A stretch of 64,000 bases of DNA, counting the filler, from Basidioascus undulatus (lineage: Eukaryota), in assembly GCA_000826855.1 (NCBI GenBank). It is 14 parts of 14 records of this genome, joined end to end, with 100 filler letters (N's around TTAATTAATTAA, not from the genome) between each part and the next. Parts side by side here need not be neighbours in the genome. Positions count along the whole stretch, not along the records: positions 1 to 4,373 come from JTLS01002165.1; positions 4,474 to 8,844 come from JTLS01002166.1; positions 8,945 to 13,310 come from JTLS01002167.1; 11 more parts are not named here. The stretch is one strand, 5' to 3'. The position numbers were made by a program, and so were the translations under genes. Shown here piece by piece: positions 1-12,707 of this stretch (the stretch's first letter is position 1; each line of letters starts with the position of its first letter). The notes beneath the pieces were generated by a model. That model did not search any database, was not told the DNA's origin, and worked only from the letters and a program-made list of their open reading frames with translations.

Positions 1-144
1 CCCCCTCCACCAATGTCCCTGTCTCCTCCGCCTCCGCGACCACCTACCTCCCCGCCCTCGCCCCCACCTCCTCCACCTCCCGCAGACCAAGATCCCCCGC
101 CGCTTCCCTTTCCCCCCTCGGACGACATGGACCTCTCCGACTAG
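1..144 (+). CDS. Possible proline-rich C-terminal fragment of a gene truncated by the window edge
   Basis: Open frame from base 1 (PPPPMSLSPPP...SDDMDLSD) ending at TAG 142-144; no recognisable domain. Confidence 0.25.
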   Translation, partial: PPPPMSLSPPPPRPPTSPPSPPPPPPPADQDPPPLPFPPSDDMDLSD

Positions 145-629
145 AACAATCCCAAGAGCGCCTGTCGCACTACCTGGTCTGATTTCCTCTATTTTTATCT
201 CCCCCGCTCTCCGTTGTTTCACGAACTTTGCGATACCCCTCACCCATGATGCACCACGCTCTCTTTACCAGACGGCGCTGTGCACCATGAGTGAGCGGTG
301 AGCTTTGTCGGGGCTGGATCATGTTTGCAGGCCGTTCCGGAGTTGATCATTGACTGGGTTGAGGAGGCTTGTCGGAACGGTAGGCAGCATGAACTGATGC
401 AGGATGGGTCAACGGCCACTTGACGCCAGAGCAAGGCAATGTGGCCTGAAGAGAGTTGTATAACGTGTCCACTCAGGTCGATGTTTGATCTACTTCAGCC
501 GGAAGTTTTGCAGGTCTCTGACACTGTTGAACAGTCGGACGCCGCTTTCTGAGCCAACGCGATCCACAGCGATCGCACGGTTCTGTTCTTTCCGCAAAGG
601 AAAGGGCGTATGTGTTTTTTTTTTAATTT

Positions 630-753
630 CTTTTTTGTAATCACCATTAAACGTAAGCTAGTGGTAGTCGAGATCAGGGGGTTTCAGGTCCGATCCCTGC
701 GTCGGTCACGGCCGGCTGGCTCAATGGTAGAGTATCTAACTACGACTTTTTTG
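630..753 (+). repeat. 8-bp direct repeat CTTTTTTG (630-637 and 746-753) flanking the permuted tRNA; candidate target-site duplication
   Basis: Identical 8-mers abut both ends of the tRNA-derived segment; low complexity lowers certainty. Confidence 0.55.
638..745 (+). tRNA. Circularly permuted, intron-carrying tRNA-Arg(ACG) copy, possibly a pseudogene
   Basis: 3' half 673-708 (ATCAGG-GGGTT-TCAGG TCCGATC CCTGC-GTCGGTC-A) precedes 5' half 710-745 (GGCCGGC-TG-GCTC AATGGTA GAGT-A-TCTAA-CT-ACG-A); all 7 acceptor-stem positions pair; intron-like hairpin 638-672; three defects (C55, T49:C65, A30:C40). Confidence 0.8.
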
Positions 754-1152
754 CTTCGCGTGACCCTGAAGTTTCATTTTCAACTACTTTACGGTAAAAA
801 TCTATGCACTTGAAACTGCAGTCGGTGGGGACACTGTCCGCTACAAAGCCAGCGGTGTGCAACCTGAGGCTGGCTACCACCCTGGTTCGGTGCTGTGCGA
901 CTGCAACGGACTACCTGAGATGGGTCGGACTGCTGGGATAAAGGCCCATATCATTTAGGTAGTAAACAAGAATGCAGAAGAGGTAATGGAACACAGAAGC
1001 CTGGTTCACTTTACGTCGGCCCTCCGGAGTCGATAATCGTTGTAAACGACTTCCATAATACATGTGCGTAATACGCTTTCGGCCCTTTAAACACCAATCT
1101 CGGCCCATCTCGATTTCCCATCCTCGTTGCCAAGCCTGTTCTTGCTCGCTCC

Positions 1153-1493
1153 CTACACCCTGTGCGCCTTGCACCACTGTCAACTCTCAAATGAGCCGCC
1201 CGCCGGCGAAGCCTGTGGCAAAAGGAAGAATAACGTACCTCTCTGTGCGATGGCCAGTGGGACTTCTGATGTGCCTGCGAGCAGTACATTGCACCTTTGC
1301 AAGCTTGGCACACCGAAACGGCCGGCGCCCCACAGATGTCGCACGGCGAAGCCAGACAGACTCGGCGCGAACGTTCGAGTAAAGCTGCAATACAATGCTC
1401 TTCAAGCTGTCCGACTCCCTCCCTTACTTTGGGGTTCTGCTCGAGCCGCACAGCGCGTATGAGCAGTCGCGCCTTTTCGGAAAGAAAAGGCAT
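1153..1493 (-). CDS. Small MYND zinc-finger protein
   Basis: CDIC..CQAC...YCSQAHQKSHWPSHRE; GT-AG intron 1238-1177 supplies the terminal WCKAHRV*. Confidence 0.7.
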
Positions 1494-4304
1494 GGGACAG
1501 TGGCCGTCAACATTTTAGGCTAAGCGGCTCTACGTGAGCGGCTCGAAGAGCTCGAGAGATATTCCGAATTTGAAGGAGGCCACGATCGAGTGTAGGCGTT
1601 CAGGTTGGGCAAGAGGGATCGTGGAAATGAGGAGGAAATCCGGCTGGGGCGTGAGTAGCGATAGCGCTCGCTCGAACCCGAGGCTCGTCCACATGCACAT
1701 AGAAGGCACCCTCGGGAGGTAGAATATTAAACTGAGGCTTGAAACTGAAAGCTGACCCCGGGGTGCTGCTTAGCAAACTAGTCGAATACGCACGTCCAGT
1801 TACGCAGATCATGGGGGAATGTGGCGCCACGGCTAGGTCGGCATGGTCGTCGTTTGTTGTCGAACAGGCCAGAAATAGAGCCTCCACAGTGCAGATCGTT
1901 GTTTTTGGTGAACCCACCCCCTAAAACAGCCCGGATCTCGCCCAGCGGTGTGGGCGCGTAATTGTCGGCGCGGCGACAGACAACGGCGTGGGCCGTCTGT
2001 GGGCACCAAACTCGCTACAGAGATCATCGACACAGAATCCATTTACCGGGGGGCGAGGCGCGCAAACTCCGTGCGAGAAGGGTCCGATATACGCATAGTC
2101 GGTCAGACAGGAAGCGCCCGACATGCCTCTCCGTAGGATCGAGCATGTTGATCACCGGCTGAGCGATAGTGAACGTCTCGATAACGAATTTGAGGGGCAG
2201 TGAGGCAGTGTGAAGGAGACCCAGGCCTGAACCGTCCGAATAGGACGAAAGAGCGAGGGATGGGACGCAAACGGCCTCGCCTTGCTGGGACGAAACGCGG
2301 CGACGGAACTGAGTGTCCACCCGCTGCGCTTGTGGTTCGTCGTCAGCAAGCTGGGCTTGCGCAAGCTCCCCATTTATTTGTCAACCTGAATACAGGCTCT
2401 GGGCTGTGGTGTGTGCATGGCATTATTAGCCGGTGGCCAAAAAGCAAACCTTGACGGTAGAATGCAGTTGCCCGCTCCTGCCTCTCCTCCGCGGTGGTCT
2501 TCTCATCTTCGGCATCTGCATGTGCGTGGCGCGTGTACCCATATTCCCTTCCGCAGTTGGGCTCCGACGCTGACATCCTGTTCTTTACTTCTCAGTCAAG
2601 AGCAGACTCACTGGTCGGCACCTCTGAGCGGCGGTGGAATCTGTAAGCTACCCTGTTCCATTGTGTATGTTTCCTGCTAACCTGCTCAACTTTTATTTTT
2701 CAAAATCCGGCGCACCCTTCACAGCACCGGTAGGAAGCGTCGTTGGAGATGAGGGGTGCCGGTTTATCGGGGCATTGTCGGGCAGTCGAATTGTCCAGTG
2801 ACTGCAAGCTTTCTCTCATCTTTAAATTTATCTTTACTCAAAGCATGAATATACAGAAGATCACCCACCTTCCATAAAGCTCTCTCGCCTTGTGCGCGCA
2901 CACTAGCCAGGGCATCCCCAGGCATCGCGAGAGAGACACTGCCGCACTGCTGTTCGGAGCGCAAAATGCAGACTGTCTGCCGAGCTTCTTTGGACACTGG
3001 GAGGACTAAGAAGGACTGACTTGCACAACGAGACTGACCTATTGCTCGATTCCTCGAGAGCAGCGGGAGAGCCACTTGCTACATCGAGTGTGACTGCCTT
3101 GCCTCTGCCACGTCATATTAGGGCAGTATTCAAAAACATTTTAAACGGGGGACGGTCTGCTTTCAAAGACGACTTTCTTTCATCGACTGATGTCGTCACT
3201 CTTCGCCTTTGCCGTTGAGTGGCACAGGCCAGGTCTGCGGGTGCGTGGCGGGCCGTCGACGGAGCGCGGCGCAGCCTCGTGATGCATTGTCCTCCCTTTC
3301 GCTTTGATTGTACGTTGTTCTCCACCTCCAATAGCCCGTTTCAGTGCACCAATAGTTTGCGAACGTGAGCGCATTTAATTGAACTCCCTGAGGCTCGAGG
3401 AGAGGAGCACTGGCGCGCAGCGCAGTGTGCGAGGGAACAAGCTCTGGCACGGACGGAAGGACGATCAAACTCTCGGTCTTCGACGGCGACCGCCGCGGTT
3501 TTGACGGGACAGGCAAGCACACGGATGTGGAAGAGGATCAGAGCGGGAGCTGGTTGGCGAGCTCAAAAAGTCACGATGCATATGCGTGGATTTGAGGAGA
3601 CGCTGATGAATTTTTGGCGGATGGATGATGAAGAGGAAGGAGGAAAATGAAGTCGAGGAATATGAGGTGGCGCATCGGTAAGGTTGGGGTGAAGGAGATG
3701 ACAGACGCCGCGTCGACCCGAGCGAAGGAGCGAAAACTTGACAGCGTACGTCGCTTCGTTCTCGTCGATTCGCTGTTCGCTCGCTCCGTTCTGAGAAGCA
3801 CTCTGAGGATGTGTTTGAAGATACACAAATATAAAGAAAGTATTATTTGGTTTGAATAGAATGAAGAGAAAGCGAAGCAAAAACAGGCAGCTGAGCGACC
3901 GGCCCTGAACAAGCTGATGTACGGGGGGAATGCGTGCTGAGGGAAAGGCGCGCTCTAGCCGCGTCTGATCACCTTCCCTTCCCCAAACACCCCTCTCTAC
4001 GCTGTCCCTCTTGCTTTCCCCTCCGCCTTCGCTCGTCTCTCTTCAATTCCAGCAGCATCGACGCTTGTCGGATATTGATTTACGCATTTCGAACGCCTGG
4101 GTGCGCGCCATTCACGTGTGAGTATACATGCGGAAGCAGGAGCGCGCTGGGGGAAGGGGCGTGGCGCGTGGCGAGCGGCGTCTACGGGGACTGACTGCGC
4201 CTCGTATCAGGACTTCTGGCTGGACATACCAGATTCGATTGGCGGATTCGACAGCAGAAAACCCCTCCAGCTGGGACTATCAGCAGCCGCGCGAACCTCT
4301 ACCG

Positions 4305-4373
4305 ACCGCGCACATGCGCTCGCACCTCCCCGCGTCCGACCGGCCGTTCGCATGCGACTTTGAAGGGTGCGAG
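4305..4373 (+). CDS. C2H2 zinc-finger fragment at contig end
   Basis: AHMRSHLPASDRPFACDFEGCE; the upstream half of the finger is not evident. Confidence 0.45.
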
Positions 4374-4473
4374 NNNNNNNNNNNNNNNNNNNNNNNNNNN
4401 NNNNNNNNNNNNNNNNNTTAATTAATTAANNNNNNNNNNNNNNNNNNNNNNNNNNNNNNNNNNNNNNNNNNNN
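4374..4473. other. Artificial contig spacer (first of 13)
   Basis: N44-TTAATTAATTAA-N44, stops in all frames; others start at 8845, 13311, 17771, 22231, 26690, 31144, 35589, 40032, 46591, 51011, 55427, 59841. Confidence 0.98.
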
Positions 4474-7400
4474 CGACTTTTCCTTCCTTTTCTTTCTTTA
4501 TAATGTTTGAGTAGACGTTGAACGGAACGCGCCTGTACCATGTTTGTGCCTTGTATCACTCGATACCAGCTGCTTTGGTCCGATCCCTCGATATTTCCGC
4601 GGGGTGTACTCGAGGCGCCCCCAGGCGACCATTCAAGGTCTGCTGTTGGTAAGAAACCTCTGACAGTTTCTCAGCCAGGGTGAAGACAAGCGACAACGAA
4701 AAGTGCCGCACGAATTGCGTTGGCAGACTTCCCCCACGCACCCTCCCCAGCTTCGTAGTTGACTTTCGTTCCACGCCTCAGCATCATGGGCCGCTGCAGC
4801 GCTGCAGAAGGGGCACTCGGAGGGGCAAACGTCGTTCTCCGTAGTGCAAGGTAAACTCAGGCACTGCACATAGGTATACCGAGTGCGTCGTTTAGGGAGT
4901 TCTTCGGCTTTCACCATGGCAGTGCACGTCTGGAGGAGTTCCGTGCGGAGACTACGGTGATGGAGTTGGAGATGATGGAGTTGAAGGCCAAGGTGGAGTG
5001 GCTCAAGGCGGAGGTGGACAAGCTGCCCAAGCGACTCGTTTTGTCCAGACGCACAACCGGAGAGGCCGTGTTAGTCTTTTGACCTTATCAATCGTTTCTA
5101 TCCTCTCCGCTGACCACATTCTCAACAGAATGGAGCTCGTCGTCAAGGCTGTCCTCGCCCGATCGCGGAACTCGCCCAGGATGTGAATTCGCGGCTTTAC
5201 GGGCGTCGTCATGTTGCAAAAGTTTCTGAGTGATGTGATGGAGACATTGTGAAGGAAAGAAGAAGAAGCCTCAGATCGGCTACTGGAGGTGACTGAAATG
5301 CTGTGCTGTCCCGTCTTCGCTCTTCGGCGACCGGCCGTCGGCCATCGGTGAGCTCATGCGTCCACCGCCGAGATTTCCCCTCCATGATCAGTCTTTCAGG
5401 GGACAGGTACTTCTCACAATACTGTGAGGATAAACACAACCCTTTAGTCAACCAATTGACCCCTCCCAGGCCTCCTGGCAAACGTATCCCCTGCAACGAC
5501 GCAGTCCACGTTTCCCGTTCGAACAGGGCCGCTGCTTGGCAGAGAGCCAAAATGCTGGATCTGCTAATAGAAATTAGGGCTTTCACACCAGAGCAACACA
5601 CGTTGATGCATACCCTCCGTGGCGTTTGGCTTGTTACTGGAAATGCACTGCGCTGCCTGCTGAACAGTCGCAAGAGGAAATCCCGTACAACAGAAACGCT
5701 ATCGCGGAAAGATTTACCGACTAAGAGGTATTTTTATGCAGAATCATAACGTCCACTCCGGCAGGATCAATGGCTCGTGCATAGATGTCAAGCTTTTTCA
5801 GTCACCGCCCCAGTCTTAAGCAGGCCTTTTCTCTCTTCAAATTCCACGCCAGCACTGCATTCAGTCTCTGCCCCTTTGAGTATTACCACTGGTTAAATGA
5901 ATTAGAGCATCAGCGTTGTACTGACAGACACAACTCTCGAATGGAGAATTCACTGTCCTTGCACTTTTCCACCGGAATCTTCACCTTGCTCAGGTCCGTC
6001 TCGTACAAGTTGTCCGTCCCGAGCTGCTGTGCAATCCTCCACTGTTATCCTCCGGAAAGTTTGCACGCTGCCCAGGCCTTGGGATGCTGTCAAGAGAGGG
6101 AGATGAACCTCAGCACTTCGCGCTTTAAAAAAGATCTGCACGAAATCATCACCGACCTTGGACAGAAGATGGAGCAGGAGGTGGTCCAGCTCGCCCATCC
6201 CGTTTCTTCCGTGTCGGGCAGGTCATCCACGGACGTGTTGGCCGTCTCGAGCAAAGTGTCGCTGGCTGGCGAGCTAAGGCTTGAAGACGAGTCTTAATAC
6301 TTCTCTAATTGACTGAATCAGTTCTACAGAACCTTCACAGAGGCAGTCTTCGCGGACCTTTTTCGAGTAAAAATGCTGCTGCCCCCTTTGCCAGAGTGGC
6401 TAGCGCTGACGCCCCCATCTTCGGTGCCACCTGGCGACGGCTGTTTGCTGTAATTGTACCCAAGTTGCGGCTTGTTGTCGGCTTCTAAATAGTGGTCCGC
6501 ACTGACAACCAAGTCCTTCGAGAATGGATGGCGGTGCCGCAGGCCGTGGCGGCGGTAGAAGAGGGTGTCCCAAGTCGCATCATCGTTGTCAGGGCGTCCC
6601 GCTGGGCGATCCGTGCACGGTTGCGGCTTTGGGACCCAGGGGTGAGGCGGCCTCGTCTCTCAGGGGACGGTGGAGCTCGAGATACTGCCAGAACTTACGG
6701 ATTCCCCGTGTCTGTGGAAGATGCATTAGGACGGTCAGTGAAAACTCTGAGATGCTGCGTTAATGTCGTGCTGAATCCGGAGGGTGAGGCAGTCGTTGTG
6801 AAAAGGCTTTTGAAGCGCACTTGAAGTGGGTTACTCATTGAAACTCCTTGATTATTTACTGATAGGTATTTGTGTACTTTTCATACCCTGTTTTCCGAGA
6901 GCGGAAGCGGAATGTGCCACACGCGTCGCGAGGAGTTAGCAGTCCCAACTGCATGCGAGCCTCCCATTGCTCTTACGTTTGTTCTCCCCTTCTCCTCAAA
7001 ATTAACGCCATCTTACACAACAGTCAAGAAAGATCTACCAGTACAACACGGGCATGTGCAAGCAGTACGGCGCGCAGCTGATGTGGACGCCTGCTCCGGT
7101 GTTTGTGGGAGACGTCGGCGTGCTACGCCCCGAGGGGTTCGACGTGGTGGGTGTCTGAACCTGGAATACCCAGCTTGATCAAGCTAAGTGGGCAAGAGTG
7201 TGTTACAGTATTCAACATCAAGGACCCGAACCTTCATCACCTAGTAGCATCGCGGAGGGTAGCCAGCTCGGCAGTGCCTCCCTTCCCAAGACCACCATAA
7301 TATCCTAAATCAACACGATACTTCAGACACGGGGCTAATATGAACAGACAATCCGAAGACTCCTCGTCCCGTATCTTACCTTACCCCTCTAGCCTAGCAT

Positions 7401-7671
7401 GGCTCTCGCTCGCAACAACCAAACCAACAAACCCCGCCTCCCTTTCCTTCGTTTTTGTTTGTTCTTTCTATCCACCCACCGTACTCATCCCCCTTTCGAC
7501 CCATCTTTCCAGACCTTTCCAATCCAATCTCCACCGTCTTTCTCATCCCTCCCACTCTCACGCACTCGCCCGCCCACGGCCGCGCAGCCGAGTGACATCA
7601 CGTCAATCGCAAGTGCTTCTATCAATCCCACCGCCTTATCTTTTTCGCCCGTCCTTCTACAGAGCTATTCA

Positions 7672-8844
7672 CTACGCCGCCACCGCCGCTTCCGGATCCA
7701 CAGCCACGTCGGCCGACGCGCCGGCGCCGCGCACCTGCGCGTCCAAAACGCGCCACTTGTCCCACACTGCGTCTCCGTCGACGTAGCATCCTGTGTTCCC
7801 ACATCCCATCTCATCAGCCTCCCTCGCTTCTTCTTCTTTCATAGCAACTATCTCTTAGGGAAAGAAAAACCCACCCTTGAGCCACCGCACCACCTCCCCC
7901 TCCTCCCCTCCCTCATCGAACGCCCTCCGCGCATGCAACACCCGCCGGTTATCGAACACGACGCACATGCCCTCCTCGAGCCGGAGCTCGAGCGTCAGCT
8001 CGGGGTGGGCGAGGATGGCCTCCCATTCCTTGAGCGCGGCGTAGAATGCTTGCTGGGAGGCGGGCGGGAGGGCGGTGAGGTCGGGCTGGGACGGGGATTG
8101 GAATGGAGGGGAGTAGTTGATTGATTCTAGGTTGAGGTTCGGGGATCCGGAAGAGGAAGCAGGAGAGGTTGAGGGGGAAGCAGGGGAGGGGGAAGGGAAG
8201 AGGGAAAGCAGCGGGTGGGAGTGCACGTAGTGGTGTCCGTCGTTGAGGTACTGGTACTGAATGGGTGTCTGGGAGAGGATGGAGAATGCTTCGGGGGAGA
8301 GGAGCGACGCAGCGTGGTAGGCGTCGAGGAAGAGCGAGTGCCCTTGGGGTGAAGAGGTGGCCGGGAGGGAGATGAGGGAGTGAAGGAATTGGAACCGGGG
8401 TGGGGAGGCGAAATAACTGGGGGGTGGGGAGGCTCAACCCACGTCCGGTCGGCAGAAGAAAAGGAAGGGTGGAAGAAGGGGAGAAGGGAAGGGGGAAGCG
8501 GGGCGACGCACAGCAAATCCATATGGTACCCAAGATCCAAGCCTGTATATGCAACGTTCCTGCTCCTCCCTCCCAAGGCCCTAACATCCCACGTCTCCCC
8601 ATAAAACGTCCTCCTGACCTCCCCAAACAGCCCCTCGGCGACACTGCGCATCGCACAGTCCTTGTCGCCCCGCGGGGAGGTCGGAACGCCCGAGATGAAC
8701 AGCAGCCCGCGCTCGAGGAGCTGCGTGGTCGCGCGGTAGTGCGCTTCGGGGTCGCGCTGGAGCGCGGAGAGCGGGATGGGGGAGGACAACATCGCGTACT
8801 TCTTGCCGCGGAATACGGACTTGCGGGAGGTCGGGGCGCTGGCT
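7672..8844 (-). CDS. TauD/TfdA-family 2OG-Fe(II) dioxygenase, gamma-butyrobetaine dioxygenase-like; 5' truncated
   Basis: NVAYTGLDLGYHMDLL|YFASPPRFQFLH, INYSPPFQ, VVFDNRRVLHARRAF, RWLKG|CY motifs; two introns. Confidence 0.88.
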
Positions 8845-11800
8845 NNNNNNNNNNNNNNNNNNNNNNNNNNNNNNNNNNNNNNNNNNNNTTAATTAATTAA
8901 NNNNNNNNNNNNNNNNNNNNNNNNNNNNNNNNNNNNNNNNNNNNATACCAGCGAAAGGTGACGACTAAAAAACAATGAGGTGGTGGTGTTACACAATTTG
9001 AGAAGGAACTGGGGGAGGTGGTGGTTGATCGGTTAGAGAAGACCGATGTGAAGGGTGGAGAGACGGGGGCGGGAGCTGGGCAGACGGGGGAGTCGTAATG
9101 CATTTCGTAGTTCCTGAACGGCTCCGTAATAGCACCATATTGCCATATGTAAAGCGTCCCTCTGTGCTGGTACGGGCAGGCTACTGGCTCGATTGTGCAT
9201 CTTCAACGGCCAACGCGTCGGGATTGCTGGCATGGCTGCGTACAGCCCGTTCTGTGCTCGCGATTCTATTACGGTTGAGCTCTGCCAGCTGAAGGTCCGT
9301 GAAGTCGAATGGGGCAGATGCTGCAGGGCGAGGGTGACAAGCTCGTAACTATTCAAACGTGTGTAGGTTGCGTGAAGGACGCGAATGCAGTATGCGTTTT
9401 CCCTCGTGCACTCCCCCAGACCCCTCGCGATGAGATCCTCCTTCCACTGCCCCGGTGGGAAGGCCTTCCCTGTGTTGACGACCTTCTGGACATGCAAGCC
9501 CAGCACCCCTTTTGGGTGCGAGCTGTCCCGGTCCCCCATTTTCAACTTCAGCAGTGAGCGTCGCCAGCTCGTTAGGCGCTTTGGGAGTATTTGGCTAAGC
9601 TCACGCGGTGAATTAGGGAAGACGGATGTGGGAGTAGAACTTGAGGAAAGAGTTCGGGGTATTGAGACTTTCGACCTAGCAAAAGGCCTGGAGCACTCGA
9701 GAACGTGAACGTTCGTCGTTGCCGCCGGCGCGACGTCGCTTATTGTTGCCTGCCTTCACCCACTACAAGGAGAAATCCCATCAGACATGCTGATCAGGTA
9801 AAGGTATTGCACGGTCGTGACTGCATTAGTGAATGCGCACGCTCGACGTCGTTCAGAAAGGAATCTGCCTTGGAAACCCGCGCAGCGAGACTTTTGCACT
9901 GCGTCGAGGCAGACCAAGCTTGGTGGTAAATCACAGAGCAGTGTTGAGAAGAGAAGCCTTGTCTCACACAACGGGCCGGTACGATGCAGCTGATCACATG
10001 AAATGGCCTGGGTTGATACGCCCGCTCTCGCCGCCGCCGGCACGATGTCCGCGCGCGGGGGCACAACGCCCTGTCTCGCTCGCGCAGCGTGGAATCTCGT
10101 GCTTGGTCCACCAATCGCGCACAGGGTAAGAGTGTATAACGCTTATAATCTTTTGGCCAAACTGACACACTACTTGAAAACGTCACAGCAATCGGGTTCG
10201 CCATGTGCGGTATCGAAGACAGGCCAAGGGAGAGCCCGGTCTTGGACCAGTCTTCTTACTACTACCTGCCCATGTGGCCCGAGGACAGTATAGAGTTGCA
10301 GCGCGACGATGGTATTCGCAAAGAACAAGGACTTGAGCGTAAGTGCTTATCTGTTATGGTCCTTCCGGCATTGCAGAGGAGCATCTTTTTGAGTATGAAC
10401 TTGTCCGCCCTCTGCGTAGACATTGATACTGATTCATCCCTCGCCAGTTTTAGAATGCAGCACATCAACCAGTTCTTCTGCTCCAGTTTCCAGAATGATG
10501 AGGACACCTGTAATGAGTGAGACATTGCGGAGTACGTGTGAGAACCGGACTGACCAAACTACATTTTGATCTAGACTCGTGTACATCTGGAACTACCCGG
10601 TCTGGAATGCACACGAAAACAAGGAGGTCGCCCTTTTTAAATGACTCCATACGACGGTGTGTTCAGGTGGCTTTCTACTGTGTTTGGCGAGGGACTGACG
10701 CGGCCCTCAGCTCTGACTTTGAGCTGAATAACCCTGGTTACAGATAGAAAACATGGTCTGGGTGGACCCGTAGCTGAACGACGGTACAGTCCTGACTGTT
10801 ACCCTTTCCTTTTTTTTTTGACATGTGCTTTGACCAGACCTTCTGATTCCGCTTTCCTGCTGCAGTGAAATCCGCTGTCGTGAATGCGAAGAGCGCCAAA
10901 AAGTTGTTCCACGGCATGATCAAAGAATTATCGAGCTCACGCCAGAGTTCAGCGGCAAGGCGAACCTCGATAATTAGACATCTTGGGAGATAGCAGATGG
11001 AGTGGAGTATCTCATCCGCAGCTTTGGTGCTCTTGGTCAATGTGAGTTGGGTTCTGTGAAGGTGGTTGTGTGATCGCTCGTGGGCACCGAGAAACATCAG
11101 ACTTTTCGCTGAACGCCTGGACTTACAGGCAAACGGCTGACCGAGTTCAGGTTTTTTTTGTTGGCTGCCTCTTCTCTGCCATGTTGAACTTACTTGTAAA
11201 AGTCCTAAATTTCAGACCCGTCTCTCCCACGTTACGCCTCATGAGCCGCTCGATGAGCAACTCGACATGAAGTTCCACCGTTGGCTATCGAACTGTTCAA
11301 CGCTGACCAGGCGACATTGTGTAAGTTGGCCACCTTGGTCGTACTTCTTCTTTGTCCACAAACTGGCTTCTCACAAGTCTGTGACCAGGTACCGTGGTCA
11401 GAAGCTGTTCAGTGATTACCAGGTGTACATTTGGTGGATCATGGCGGCCAAGCAGCAGCCTGCGCCGGCATGCTACTACCCGATATTCAATTCACCCACT
11501 GTGAGCGAAGAAGCACTTGCCCGAAGCGCTCAAAGCTCCTGCTGATCGTGTGTTTTAGATATACTATGACCTCGGAAACAGTCAATTCAACTATCAGGCA
11601 TGATGTTGCGATGTCCATCTTCACACCCTATGCAGTCTGACTTTGTAGTTCCGAACTTTGTGTTTCAGCAGTACCTTTTTCCCGACGCGCCGACCCATCC
11701 CTCTTGCAATACCCCTGTGACAACCGGAAGCCTCCTGATTCACGCCTTCGACACAAACCGCGACGACCAGGTGCGCCCAGCGAAGGAGCAGCCGACGCAA

Positions 11801-11859
11801 CTTCAAGGAATTGTGGTTCGAAGCCGCCCGTGACATGCCAGCGCGGAAGGAAGCGCCGC

Positions 11860-12430
11860 TTAAGTGATGTGAGAGCAGTCAAAATGTCCGCTGGTGTGAT
11901 CATCAGAGAACATGTACTCTCTCACACAGAGTCTGCACAGAGAGGCTGTCGTTCTCAGGGTGATGTACGCGAGGAACCCCTTTGTAGCAAGAAGCTCTTC
12001 GAGCACGGCAAACTTTACACCCGGCTGAGACATCTCGCCGAAAGAGGCATCACAAAGGCGTTTGAGGGTGCCGTACATCGCTTCGTAGATGCCATCGTGT
12101 GCGAGTTTGTGCACCGGGCTTAGTGAAGTCATCGGAAGGTACCGGTGGCCCTGCAGCGGGTTTACGCCAATGAAGAGCGAGTGAACACTGGGAGAGATCT
12201 GCACGATTCTCTAGTGTGCTCGACAGCTGCAGAAGTTGATCAGGTGATTTGATGGTGACCGAAAAGTAGAGCTGCCGCACGGCTTCCGGGTAGAGCGAGC
12301 CAGCGACGAGGCAAAGGGTAGCGAGCGTGGCGATGTCCCGCTTGTACGAGAGCGGATGGGCGGGGAGGGCGACGAGTTTGATGATGTTGTTGAAAATCTC
12401 GAGTGGCAGCGTGTTCGATTGAGAAAACAT
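11860..12430 (-). pseudogene. F-box-like protein, frameshifted
   Basis: LPLEIFNNIIKLV...LATLCLV...AVRQLYFSVTI; continuation SVHSLFIG lies in another frame from about 12190. Confidence 0.55.
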
Positions 12431-12707
12431 TGTGCTCAGCAGCACAGAGTTGAGACGTTGAGATGAGTGCGCGATGTTGCAAATGCGATGAGGATCGATG
12501 GTGATGGTCGCGGGAAGAGAGCTGCAGCCCCAGGCGAGAACGGTTGGGGGTTGTCCGCGCTTCTGTCTCGCTGGCATGACGAGTATGCACCTCGCAACGG
12601 CTTGCGCTACGTAGACCCCAAATTTTGGTACAAGAATGCTGTCACAATGCATGAACTAGCTCAGGATGAGAATGAAGCCAGTTAGGAGTAAGAAGTGCAA
12701 AAAAATT

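Noticed and set aside
1500..3900. Many short overlapping ORFs
   Set aside because: No motif, codon bias or consistent splice pattern recognised
4474..7300. Possible degenerate gene or transposon remnants
   Set aside because: No RT, integrase or transposase motif and no terminal repeats visible
8945..11800. Lower-GC region with ORFs up to 170 aa
   Set aside because: Nothing assignable by eye; needs a BLASTX search
11770..11835. GTGG TTCGAAG CCGC T-arm-like hairpin
   Set aside because: No matching D arm or acceptor stem
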